From NCBI RefSeq assembly GCF_009914755.1, contig NC_060936.1: a stretch of 64,000 bases of DNA; one strand, written 5' to 3'. A program made the position numbers and the translations under genes. The notes beneath the pieces are model-generated. The model ran no database searches. It was not told the origin of the DNA and was given only the letters and a program-made list of their open reading frames with translations. The DNA is from the human T2T-CHM13v2.0 reference genome, Homo sapiens. Each line of letters starts with the position of its first letter. Position 1 is the stretch's first letter. Below, one piece after another: positions 1-20,462 of this stretch.

Positions 1-694
1 TTCCTTTGCTTATTGTCCATGACTGCTTTTGTGCCACAATGGCAGTCCTGAGTACACACAGCAGAGATTCTAAAGTCCACAGATTTAGACTTGAGTTCTC
101 AACACAGAAATCCTAAAGCTCACAGTAGAGACAGGGTTTCTACCTGACTCAGAGCCTGAGAAATTTACTATGACTTAGAGCCTGAGAAATTTACTATGTG
201 AACCTTTACATGCTGGGGAAAGCCTGAGGGTCATGACCAACTCAGCACTCCACTGGAGGCTATATGATAAAAGAGCAAACTGTTTATCACGAATGCAGGA
301 TGTGGGGAAACTCACATCTGCACCTGCCACCAGAAGGTATGCTGAGGGCAATCACTCCCTGGCGCCGTGCTCCTTGAGGTTATCTACTGGAACATCTGGA
401 GCCTACTGTTCAAAGAAAGCAGTTATGCAGGCCTGCACTAAGTGAAACAGCTGACTGACAACCACCCCCTCCTCATTATTTCCTTTACTCAATAAATACA
501 AAGGGCTATAGAAGCTCAGGGCCCTTGTTCACTAGAAGCAAGGAGACCCCTGACCCCTTCTTCCAAATATACTTGTTTGTCTTTGTCTTTATTCCCTCAT
601 TCGTCCTCCTTTGTTCAGTCCACCAGGGTCCGTGGCACAGTGGAGCCTGAGGGTTGTGACCAACTTTTACAAATAAAGTTCGTTGGCCCTCACT
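1..694 (+). mobile_element. MER58-like hAT-Charlie element remnant, split by the LTR at 211-665
   Basis: tattgtccatgactgcttttgtgccacaatggcag ... atttactat...cctttaca | tttacaaataaagtt...ggccct matches the MER58 3' half. Confidence 0.55.
211..637 (+). mobile_element. ERVK LTR, most likely LTR3 family (HML-6)
   Basis: TG...CA termini, ~430 bp, AATAAA ~491. Motif gaccaactcagcactccactggaggctatatgat resembles the LTR3 consensus as recalled. Inserted in a MER58-like DNA transposon. Confidence 0.7.
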
Positions 695-739
695 CTAGAC
701 AACCCTATGATGATCTTTGCCACTGCATGAAAGTGAAAT

Positions 740-1293
740 TGTCAGAAGCATGTGAACCAGAGCAACTCCATCTTGAATAGGGGCTGGGTAAAATGAGGCT
801 GAGACCTACTGAGCTGCATTCCCAGATGGTTAAGGCATTCTAAGTCACAGGATGAGGTAGGAGGTTGGCACAAAATACAGGTCTTAAAGACCTTGCTGAT
901 AAAACAGACTGCAGTAAAGATGCCAGCTAAAACCCAACAAAACCAAGATGGCAACAAGAGTGTCCTCTGATTGTCCTCTCTGCTACACTCCGTCCAGTGC
1001 CATGACAGTTTACAAATGCCATGGCAACGTCAGGAAGTTACCCTATGTGGTCTAAAAAGGGGAAACATGAATAATCCACCCCTTGTTTAGCATATCATCA
1101 ATAAATAACTATAAAAATGGGCAACCAGCAGCCCTCGGGGCTGCTCCGTTCATGAAGTAGCCATTCTTTTATTCCTTTACTTTCCTAATAAACTTGCTTT
1201 CACCGTACTCTACTGACTTGCCCTGAATTCTTTCTTATGCAAGATCCAAGAACCCTCTCTTGGGATCTGGATCAGGACTCCTTTCCTGTAACA
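740..1293 (+). mobile_element. MER41A solo LTR (ERV1)
   Basis: TGTCAGAAGCATGTGAACCAGAGCAACTCCATCTTGAATAGG ... CCTTTCCTGTAACA, 554 bp, AATAAA ~1187. Confidence 0.88.
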
Positions 1294-1564
1294 AAAGGAT
1301 GTGCTATTTAGCTTTTTGCCTTATTTCCAAGTTTTGCATACTTTTTCTGACCAACACTTGAGAACCTTTAATATATAGTTTTTCTGTTTCCATTGTCTTC
1401 AGTTCCAATTGTCTTTTGGTTCCAATTCTCTAAGTTTTAATTCAACCAGTGTTTACTGAACACATACTATGTACCAGAAGCTACTGCAATGAATGGAACC
1501 TAGCCCTCACCTTCACATTTTGTGAGGAAATCAAATGTGTGACTGTGAAGGGTTCTTCTTTTAG

Positions 1565-3535
<1,971 letters not shown>

Positions 3536-3575
3536 CAAGCAATAGGAAGGTAAACTGTTCTGCTCAGGATCATAA

Positions 3576-3707
<132 letters not shown>

Positions 3708-3710
3708 TGA

Positions 3711-4025
<315 letters not shown>

Positions 4026-4050
4026 TAATTTATATTAAAAATAATATATA

Positions 4051-4878
<828 letters not shown>

Positions 4879-4954
4879 TAGTTAACAGTCGCATTACTTG
4901 GATATGATAACATCAGAAGGCATAATGAATAGTGAGATGCTTGGGCCTCTATGT

Positions 4955-6049
<1,095 letters not shown>

Positions 6050-7102
6050 TTATGGTGTATCACTGACTAAAATACCAAAATTAGGCTTTCCTTCAGAGAC
6101 ATGATTTTCCAAAATGGTGAGTAAATAAAATCCTGAGCCAAGAAAAGTACAGTATTTCCTAGATTTGCAAATCTACAGTGATTGAATTCCTGGAAAATTC
6201 AGTGTCTAGTAAAACTATGCAAAAATATTTTGTTAACATGTAAAAGTTAGGCCGGGCGCGGTGGCTCATGCCTGTAATCCCAGCACTTTGGGAGGCCGAG
6301 GCGGGTGGATCATGAGGTCAGGAGTTCAAGACCAGCCTGGCCAAGATGGTGAAACCCCGTCTCTACTAAAAATATAAAAATTAGCCGGACATGGTGGCGG
6401 GTGCCTGTAGTCCCAGCTCCTCGGGAAGCTGAGGCAGAGAATTGCTTGAACCCGGGAGGTGGAGGTTGCAGTGAGCCGAGATCGCGCCATTACACTCCTG
6501 CCTGGGCAACAGAGCAAGACTCCGTCTCAAAAAAAAAAAAAAAAAAAAAAAAGAAGTAAAAGTTAGGTTTAAGCTCAGATAATTATAAACAGGTTTTTAA
6601 CCTTCATAAATGGGTGGAGGGACACTAAAAGTTTATCTGGGCTGGGGAACAATTTTGCTTTTGGAGGCTGTTCTACACATTGTTTACTGTCGCTGGCCTC
6701 AGCCGGGCCCATGCAAACATGCAAATCCCGCCAGCCCTCTAAATCGTTGGTACAGACTTCAAAAAATTTCCAAATTGCCCTCTAGAGGGCAGTACTAGCA
6801 CTGTAGAGAGTCACTGAACCAAAAAGCTCTGCTGTGGACTAAACCTGCCTTGCTTCTTGGGGCGGGGTAGGGCAGCATTATTCTGTGGTCTGGGCTGCCT
6901 GGGGTTGGGGATAAGTGGTAGGGGCAAAGACATTATTTTCCTCTCACCAGCCCCTTCGGGAAGGCTGGAATGCTGGAGATTTTACAAACACGAATCGCTA
7001 TGGTGACACCTGACACCTTTTTTGTGTATTTTAAATCTTCTAATCAATTTGGGATAGAAAACTGGAGTCAAAAACTCTTCCCTACAAAAATAATGCAATA
7101 TT

Positions 7103-7156
<54 letters not shown>

Positions 7157-7172
7157 ATCTATCATCTATCTA
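7103..7172. repeat. (TATC)n tetranucleotide STR
   Basis: About 13 perfect TCTA units followed by degenerate units. Confidence 0.95.
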
Positions 7173-7687
7173 TGTCTATATATATCAGTATGTGTGTATA
7201 TATATGTATATACATGGCTGTATATTTTATGTATTCCTACACAATTATGATGTCATGGTTTGTACTGTAGAAAAAGTGGGGGCAATCTAAATGTCCATGA
7301 ACAGGAGAGTAGATTTTTTATTTATTATTTATTATTATTTTTGAGACAGAAAAATATGTCACCTAGGCTGGAGTGCAGTTGCGTGATCTCGGCTCGCTGC
7401 AACCTCTGCCTCCCAAGTTCAAGCAATTCTCTTGCCTCAGCCTCCCAAGTAGCTGGGATTACACACTGGGCTAATTTTTGTATTTTTTGTAGAGACAAGG
7501 TTTCACCATGTTGCCCAGACTGGTCTCAAGCTCCTGGCCTCAAGTGATCTGCCTGCCTTGGCCTCCCAAAATACTGAGATTACAGGTGTGAGCCACTGCT
7601 TCCGGTTAATCTTCAACTATATATATATATATATATATATACACATACATATATATATATATACATATACATATATTTATTTATTGA

Positions 7688-8020
<333 letters not shown>

Positions 8021-8317
8021 TAGAATGCCCTTGTTTTACATTTTTGCAAATCTCGTTAATATCTGACCTACTAGAAGACAGATTATCTAATCAGTTCTGT
8101 ATTCAATATGTTGTGATATTATGTAGGTTCTAGAAAATTCCACTTTACACTCATGAGAGAATGGAAGTTAAAAAGCTAAATATAATAATTATTATAAAAC
8201 TAATTTGACCTTGGAGGCCTCTTGAAAGCATAGGGCCCTCCCCACCAAGGACCACGGGGCACCACTTTGAGAGTCTTTGCTCTCAAATCAATTAGGACCC
8301 AGACTCTATGAAGTTAA

Positions 8318-8656
<339 letters not shown>

Positions 8657-9743
8657 TAAAGATGTAAATGATTTCTGTCCAATTGGAACTCCAAAGGTAA
8701 CAGTTTTCTCCTTTCCTTTCCTTCCTTCTTCTTTTCTCTTTTTCTTTCTTTCTTTCTTCCTTTCTTTTTTTTTTTTTTTGGCAGGGTCTCACTCTGTCAA
8801 ACAGGCAGGAGTGTAGTGGTGAGATTTCTGGTCACTGCAACCTCCATCCACCTCCTGGGTTCAAGCAGTTCTCCCACCTCAGCCTCCTGAGTGAGTAGCT
8901 GGGACTACAGGCACTCACCACCATGCTTGGCTAATTTTTGTTATTTTTTGTAGAGATGTGGTTTTACCATGTTGCCAAGGCAGGTCTTGAACTCCTGGGC
9001 TGCAGCATCTGCCCTCCTTGGCCCCACAAAATGCTAGGATTACAGGCGTGAGCCACTGCACCCAGTTTTCATTTTCATTTTAAGCTAAATTTAACCAGTC
9101 TTATATCTGATTTAGCAAACATGCTGGTGTTCTGTTTTTCCCCCAGTGGTGATACATATGTGGTTCCTCAAATTCTCCTTAGAACCAATTTTTCCATCCA
9201 GCTGGTCCCCCTCATTGATGAGTTAAATAAACCTTTAAGCTACATTCACGTTTGACACTTTATCTGATATTTATGTAAGACTCATGTTTTGAAGTATTTG
9301 AATGCTGTATTTTGTTTCTCAATTTTTTATCTTGAAAAAAAATTCAAGCCTTTAGAAGAATTGAAAGAATACTGCAGTGAACACCTTTATGCCATTTTTC
9401 CTAGATTCAATCACTGAATTTTTGCCATGTTTACTTTAATTCCACGCCCCCACCTCCACCATCCGTTTATCTATTGTAAGGGTAGATTTCAAAAATGAGT
9501 TTCCCATTTGCCAAGAAGGAAGGAAATCTTTCCCTCCTCCCCTTCTTAGAGCATTTCTGTCAGAAAACCTTGTGGCTGTAAAGCCTTTTTCTAGCCTTTT
9601 AAAATAAAAATATTTCACTTTAGATGCTAAGTGCAAGGGCATTATCCTACATAGCCAAATAAACTGATCTCACACAGAGAATTTATAACTGTACAAGGTA
9701 TTCTATTTTCTAATACATTGTCTGCATTCTAATTTCCTCATTA

Positions 9744-9995
<252 letters not shown>

Positions 9996-11628
9996 TTATG
10001 GTCCCAGCTACACAGGAGGCTAAGGCAGGAGGATGTCTTGAGCCCCAGGGTTAGCTGCAGTGAACTATGATAACACTATTGCACTCCAGTCTGGGCAACA
10101 GAGTGAGACCCTGTCTTAATAGAGCGCATTCATTTCTTAGGAATTTGAACCTTCCACTGGCTAGGTAACAGCTTATATTTTTAACCATTCTTCACTAAGA
10201 GTTAATGCTTCTTTTCTGTATATAAGAAAGAAATGGTAGGTAGTGTGATGTACTAGATGCAAATCTTTGTACTTGCAAATTACTCAATTTTACTAAGCTT
10301 CAGTAAATTGATTAGGATGCTTCTGGTTGCCGGTAACAGAAAATCCAAATTAAAAATGACCAAAACAATTACATTTGATATCTCACATAAAAGGCTGGGC
10401 ACAGTGGCTCACACCTGTAATCCCAGCACTTGGGAGACCAAGGTGAGAGAATCACTTGAGCCCAGCAATTCAAGACTAGTCTGGGCAACATAGTGAAACC
10501 CTGTCTCTACAAACAAAAAAAGGAAGAAGACAAAGGAGAAAGAGTAGAAGGAGAAGGAGAAGAAGAAGGAGAAGGAAGAAGGAGGAAGAGAAGGAGGAGG
10601 AAGGAAGTGGCTCTTGCCTGTAATCCCAGAACTTTTGGGATGCTGAAGTGGGTGGATACCTTGAGCCCAGGAGTTTGAGACCAGCCTGGACAACATGGCA
10701 AAAAACCATTTCTACAAAAAATACAAAAATTAGCCAGGCATGGTGACATGTGCCTGTAGACCCAGCTACTTAGGAGGCTGAGGTGGGAGGATCACCTGAG
10801 CCTGGGTGGTGGAGGCTGCAATGAGTGAAGATTGTACCACTGCACTCTAGCCTGGGCCACAGAGCGAGACCCTGTCTGAGAAAAAAAAAAAAAAAAGTCT
10901 TAGTTGTAGGCAGAGATTGCCAGAAACTAGATTTTTCCAGCCTGTGTTGCCTCAGCCATGTGACCCAGGTCTGGCAACGTTCTTGTCTTTCTTTTGACTT
11001 TGGAGCCAGTGACAGAAGAAATAGGGATAATAAACTTCCTCTCTGGCACCTGCTGGCTAGAGAGCGTGGTTCTCTAGGCTTCCAAACAATTCTCTGAGAA
11101 ACCCAGTATCTGTTGAGTTAACTTTTTTTTTCATCTTAGATCAGCTGGAGTTGACTACTGTGGCTTGCACATGGAAGCTGGGAGAACAGAAACTCTCATG
11201 TGGAAGAGCCAAGATGTCCTCGGAGCCATTACCAGCCTCTTGCTGAGCATTCTTTCCTACTATATTCAGCCGGGAGTTTCTCCAATGGTCCTACCTCCTG
11301 TGTACTCTGTCCCTAGGCATCCCTCAAATGGAGATCATCCTGCCCCAGAAAAGTCTCTGAGAACGGAGTCAACGGTAGACAGCAGGAAAGAGTGAGTGGA
11401 GATGCCGGCTCCACTGTGCCAAGTGAAAATAACTTGGTGAGCACTGAGGGCACTCTAAGCACGGGCCAGTCAGTATCAAACACTGTTCTGATCCTAGCAA
11501 CAGTATGAGGCAGAAACCTAAGTTACAGAACTTGATTTACAGACCAGGAAATGAAGGTTTATAAAGTTTGAAGAAGTAAGACTGGGATTTCAATACAGAT
11601 TGTATGTTTCTGGAACCTATTGACTTTA

Positions 11629-11780
11629 TTTGTGAGTTTTTGTTTGTTTGTTTGTTTGTTTTGCCCTTCTTTCTTTATTTAATTAAAACATCTGCTGATG
11701 GCAAGAATGACCCATGTGCCTAACAAAAATGCAAATGGTTAACATGCAGAGTGGAAATTCTATCTTTGATAAATGTCTGT
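11629..11780 (-). pseudogene. Short retroposed 3' end of an unidentified polyadenylated RNA
   Basis: Perfect 18-bp direct repeat tggaacctattgacttta at 11611-11628 and 11781-11798. (TTTG)n degenerate tail 11629-11662. TTTATT at 11674-11679. Confidence 0.7.
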
Positions 11781-11894
11781 TGGAACCTATTGACTTTAAT
11801 TTCAAACTCTACAGTCTCCCGGAGGGGATGATAGAATACTCATAGAGTCTATGGGGATTTTTATCAGGCTGATGTGAAGGGAGAAATCATATGT

Positions 11895-14842
<2,948 letters not shown>

Positions 14843-15151
14843 CATCATGTTGGAGAAACAAGAAATTAAGACCCAAGGGAAAATGCCAATTCATAAGTAT
14901 AGAATTAGCTAATTTAATTGTTAAGCAAAAAAAAAAAAAAAGTATTTAAATTCATGTATTCAGATAGCTTATAAGTGATTACAAAGCTATGATGTATTTT
15001 CAGCTCTATTTAATCTGGAGTTAAAGCTCCAATTGTTATACATCATCCTACAGTGAACAGTCAGTATTGATTCAATAAAGTTTACTTTGATGTTCTGTTT
15101 TTATATTTCTTTCATCAGTACTCCCTACAGTTGTCTCTAACAGAACATCTG

Positions 15152-16235
15152 TGAAAAGAAAAGAAAATTTCAGATTTATTATGCCAAGGGGAAAAATTAA
15201 GTCCCGGAAACTGACTCACATAATATGGCTGTTTTTCTTGTCTGGTGCACAACCATTGCTTCCTGACCTTTGTGTTGAGATGTTATACATTAACCAGACT
15301 CCTATGCTTTATTCAAACCTAGATTAAATCTTGTTGGAGATAGAGACTCTTTATCTACCTCTTTATATGAAATGTTAAGCAACCACTTAGAGCGTAATCG
15401 ATCATAACCAATCAGATCTTGTAACTGTTTGTTAGTCTTGTGTGGAAAATGTAATTCTGTTCAGCATTCCTGTTTTTTCCTATATAAATGACCCCTACCT
15501 TTCTCTACACTGGGGAGCACTCATCGCCATTCTTTGGTATCCCTGTTTTCCCATACAGCCACCCTCACACTTTGCACTTGAATAAGCTATTTTTAAAATT
15601 ATTTTTATAGATTCAGGGAGTACAAGTGCAGTTTTGTTACATGGATATATTTTCACAGCAGCTTTTAGTGTAGCCATCACCCAAATACTACATTGTACCC
15701 ATTAAGTAATTTCTTATCCCTCTACATCCTCCCACCCTTCTTGTTTTTTTTGTTTGTTTGTTTGTTTTGCTTTGTTTTGTTTTGTTTTGCTTTGTTTTGT
15801 TTTGTTTTGAGACAGAGTCTTTCTCTGTCGCCCATCCTGGGTTCAAGCGATTCTCATGGCTCAGCCTCCTGGGGTTTTACCCTGATGGTCCAGCTGGTCT
15901 CAAACTCCTGACCTCAAGTGATCTGTCCGCCTTGGCCTCCCAGAGTGTTGGGATTACAGGCCTGAGCCACTGCACCCAGCCCCGCCACCCTTCTGAGTCC
16001 CCATTGTTTATCACTTCACTCTCTATGTCCATGTGGACACAGTATTTAGCTCCCACTTATAAGTGAGAATGTGCCGTATTTAGCTTTCTGTTTCTGAGTT
16101 ATTGCACTTAAATTAATGGTCTCCAGTTCTATCCATGTTGTTGCAAAAGACATGATTTTATTCTTTTTTATGGCTGAATAGTGTAATAAACTCTTTTAAC
16201 TGGATCCTGAGCCTTTTGGTTATTTTAGGTTGACA
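15152..16235 (+). mobile_element. MER4-group ERV1 LTR split by a minus-strand L1 3' fragment (~15590-16183) containing a deleted Alu
   Basis: TGAAAAGAAAA start, CCAAT and TATATAA motifs. LTR resumes with aataaactc...ttttaggttgaca. Flanks atctg/atcta. Subfamily not resolved. Confidence 0.6.
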
Positions 16236-18373
16236 ATCTATGTGACAGTAAATTTGGTCAGTCCCTTTATTCAACATCCTCAGTAAGGTTAGATTATGTT
16301 GAGTTTCTACAGATTCTATTAGAGCCCACACTTTTTTTTTTAATGCCATTGACTTGATTACAAAGACAGGTTAGTTGTCCTGCATGATGTCCTAAATTCT
16401 GACTTTGACTAAATATTTCCTCCTAGTGTTACCTAACTTTTTCCTCTATCTTCTATTTTTCTTGTAGACTACAGGCTTGAATAGATTCAGGTTTAAGGTT
16501 TTGCTTTGTATTGCTTAGTTTATGACTACTTCATAGGTGGTGCTGTATGCTTCCTATTGCCTCATATTCAAAAGCATGCAATAGCTGGTTGTTTCACTTA
16601 CAGTGGCTGCTAAGATGGATCAGTGAGTTCAAGTGGTGGCATCAACCTTTTTACCTAATGATTTTGTCATCTATTGATAACCAGTATTTAAGTCATTTTA
16701 TTAGGAGCTACAAAATGTTGACTTTCTAATACTACATTTATTATCTGTAATTATTCTATATAGAACTCTTATCTAGTAGGGTTATTTGATTTCCAGGAAA
16801 TACTGTTCATACTGGAAAGGTGATATAAAATCTCGGTTCTTTCCCCTTAATTATCAGTTTTTGGAGTAATGAGTTGGTGCACAGCAACCTTTGCTCGATT
16901 CATTCACTATGGCGTGTTTGTTCTTTCCTCTTTAAAAAAATTATGACTTTTTATTATTTATATATTTGTTTATCTACTTGAGACAGGGTCTCACTCTGTC
17001 ACCCAGGCTGGAGTGCAGTGGTGCGAACACAACTCACTGTAGCCTCAATCTCCTGGGCTTAAGCAATCTTCTCACCTCAGCCCCCAGAGTAATATTTTTA
17101 TTTATTTTAATCAATTGAAATAATAATTCTTCTTGATGTTCAAATCATCTTATCTTTGACCAAAAGGACCCTCTTCAAGCTGGCTTATGGAATTTTTTGT
17201 TATTTGATGTGTCCCATCATTAGCCTTTGATAATGTTTTTACTTTCTGGGGCAACAAGCTGTTCCAAGCTTATTTTTCTTCCTTTTCTTTTTTTTTTTCC
17301 AATTTTATTTTGTACTTTTTCCGCCCTGGACCTGGTTTAGGTGTGGTGCTTTTAATGAAAAATGGTATGAATTTCAGCTATTCTAATTGTGGATAGTGAT
17401 ATTTCATTGTGGTTTTAATTTGCGTTTCTCTGATGACTAATGATTTTGAGCATCTTTCCATGTGCTGATTGATCATTCATATATCTTCTTTGGTAAAAGC
17501 ATCTATTCACTGGGAGGCGGAGGTTGCCATGAGCCGAGATACACCACTGCACTCCAGCCTAGGGGACACAGCAAGACTCTGTCTCAAAAAAAAAATAAAA
17601 AGTGTCTGTTCAAATCTTTCACTCATTTTAAGAAAATGGGTTGTCATTTTTTTCCTATGGAACAGAATTTATTGGATAGTAGCATTTTAGGAAAAATATA
17701 AGCTCTACTATATATATATATAAATCTATATAGATAGATAGATAGATAGATACAATCAACTGTAAAGTCCATCTCAACTTCAGAAAATGTAAAGACATGT
17801 CCATCTTAGAAATGAAGAAATGGCTTCCTTGCAAGTTTGCAAGAACATTAGTGACATAATGTATAAAGTACTTAACATAAGTGTTCAAAGGGTAACTGTT
17901 GTTACTATTATCAACTGTATTAATTAAACTGTTTTGAGATTTAACACACATGTTACAGACTTTAAGAAAGCAGCTGAGTGCAGGTTTTTTGTTTTAGTTT
18001 TGCGTTTATGCCAATGTGAAAATATGAACAGCTCAGTTCTACATTCTGTTCCCTGAAAATACCACGAGAGCTATTAGACAGTCTTGAAAGGCAGTATCTA
18101 ACATAAGCTTTGTGTGTTCATGGATATTTGTTCAATAATAACATTTAAATAATGAGGGAGGCCACTTCTAAAGACTTATCATTTACCTGATCTACACAAT
18201 ATCTAGCATAGGACCAGTTCTCAATTGACGGCAAACAGTCCTAGCAGGTCACTTCATTTTGAACAGACATTGCAATTGCACTTGAGAAATCATGCCAAGT
18301 TTTGCAGGGATTGTCCTTGGACTTGTCACCACGAAGACATAACTCATGCTATTTACATATTATAGCATTTTCT

Positions 18374-18667
18374 TTCTTTTTTTTTTTGAGACGGAGTCTC
18401 ACTCTGTTGCCCAGGCTGGAGTGCAGTGGTGCGATCTCTGCTCACTGCATGTTCTGCCTCCCGGGTTCACGCCATTCTCCTGCCTCAGCCTCCTGAGTAG
18501 CTAGGACTACAGGCGCCCACCACCACACCCAGCTAATTTTTTGTATTTTTAGTAGAGACGGAGTTTCACCATGTTAGTCAGGATGGTCTCAATCTCCTGA
18601 CCTCGTGATCTACCCACCTCAGCCTCCCAAAGTGCTGGGATTACAGGCGTGAGCCACCGTGCCGGGC
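18374..18667 (-). repeat. AluY inside the transduced segment
   Basis: 16-bp TSD tattatagcattttct at 18358 and 18668. Confidence 0.9.
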
Positions 18668-18740
18668 TATTATAGCATTTTCTAGACTAGTTCAATCTGC
18701 AATGTCCTTGCACTGACCAGGGCTCCATTTCCTTTATCAG

Positions 18741-18878
18741 AGGGCTATGATGGAAATGATGTGGAGTTCACCTGGCTGAGACGGAATGACTCTGTGCATG
18801 GGCTGGAAACCCTGTGGCTTGCTTAGTACACCATACAATGGTATTTCACCTTGGACACCAGATTGCAGCAGGAGACAG
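18741..18878 (+). pseudogene. GABRP: Isolated, decayed copy of one GABRP (GABA-A receptor pi subunit) coding exon
   Basis: Acceptor tttcctttatcag|, 138 bp, donor AG|gtaact. From 18743 it reads [45 protein letters not shown], versus GABRP as recalled [46 protein letters not shown]. In-frame TAG at 18824-18826. No other receptor exon seen in the window. Confidence 0.9.
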
Positions 18879-18974
18879 GTAACTCATGTGACAATTTTTT
18901 TTTTTTTAATTTTTACCATTGTTTTCGTAGATATTCCTAGGCCAGTTCTAAGAGTTTGTTTCTTGGGAGATTAG

Positions 18975-19281
18975 TGCTGGAGGCCAGAAGTCTGAGATCA
19001 AGGTTGGTTTTTTCTGAGGCCTCTCTCCTTGGCTTGGAAACAGCCGTTTTCTCGGTGTCTTCACATGGTCTTTTGCTCTGTACCTGTCCAAATTTCCTTT
19101 TCTTATAAGGACATCACTTGTATAAGATAAGGGTTTTCCCCTCATTTTAACTTAATTACCTCTTTAAAGGCCCTATCTCCAAACACAGTTACATTCCGAG
19201 GTACTGCAGGTCAGGGCTTCAGCACATGAATTTTGGGCAAGGATGGAGAGGGTTGGAAACAATACAATTCACCCCGTAACA
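18975..19281 (-). mobile_element. MLT1A/B-type MaLR LTR fragment inside the transduced segment
   Basis: ggaggccagaagtctgagatcaaggt, cttataaggacatca, ggccctatctccaaa, acaattcaccccgtaaca. Confidence 0.75.
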
Positions 19282-19320
19282 CCATATCTGACTCCTCTCA
19301 CTAGCCTCCTCAAAGAGTGA

Positions 19321-19782
<462 letters not shown>

Positions 19783-20144
19783 TGACTACCAGTCCTCTGT
19801 CAGATATATGTATTATGATGATTTCTCCCAGCCTGTGGCTTGCCTTTTAATTTTCTTAATTTTGTCTTTCAAAGAGCAGAAGTTTTGCATTTTGATAAAA
19901 ATGCAACTTACCAATTATTTCTTTTATGGTTTCTGCTTTGGCAAGTTTGTAAATATTTTTTTCCCTGTGTTGCATGGTTTTAGCAATTATCTTTAGGTCT
20001 ATGATCCACATGGAGTTAATTTTTGTGTGTGGTGTGAGGTAGGGATTGAGGTTTTTTTTTTTCCCAATATAGATATTCAGAATTTAGGCTGGGTGTGGTA
20101 GATGACATCTGTAATCCCAGCACTTTGGGAGGCCAAGATGGTTA

Positions 20145-20462
<318 letters not shown>

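Noticed and set aside
740-1293. MER41 as an interferon-gamma (STAT1) enhancer
   Set aside because: It is the short MER41A form. I do not see the tandem TTCCGGGAA-type GAS segment characteristic of MER41B.
18741-18878. Functional GABA-receptor gene at this locus
   Set aside because: Single exon, in-frame TAG, CpG-type decay and no neighbouring receptor exons in 64 kb.
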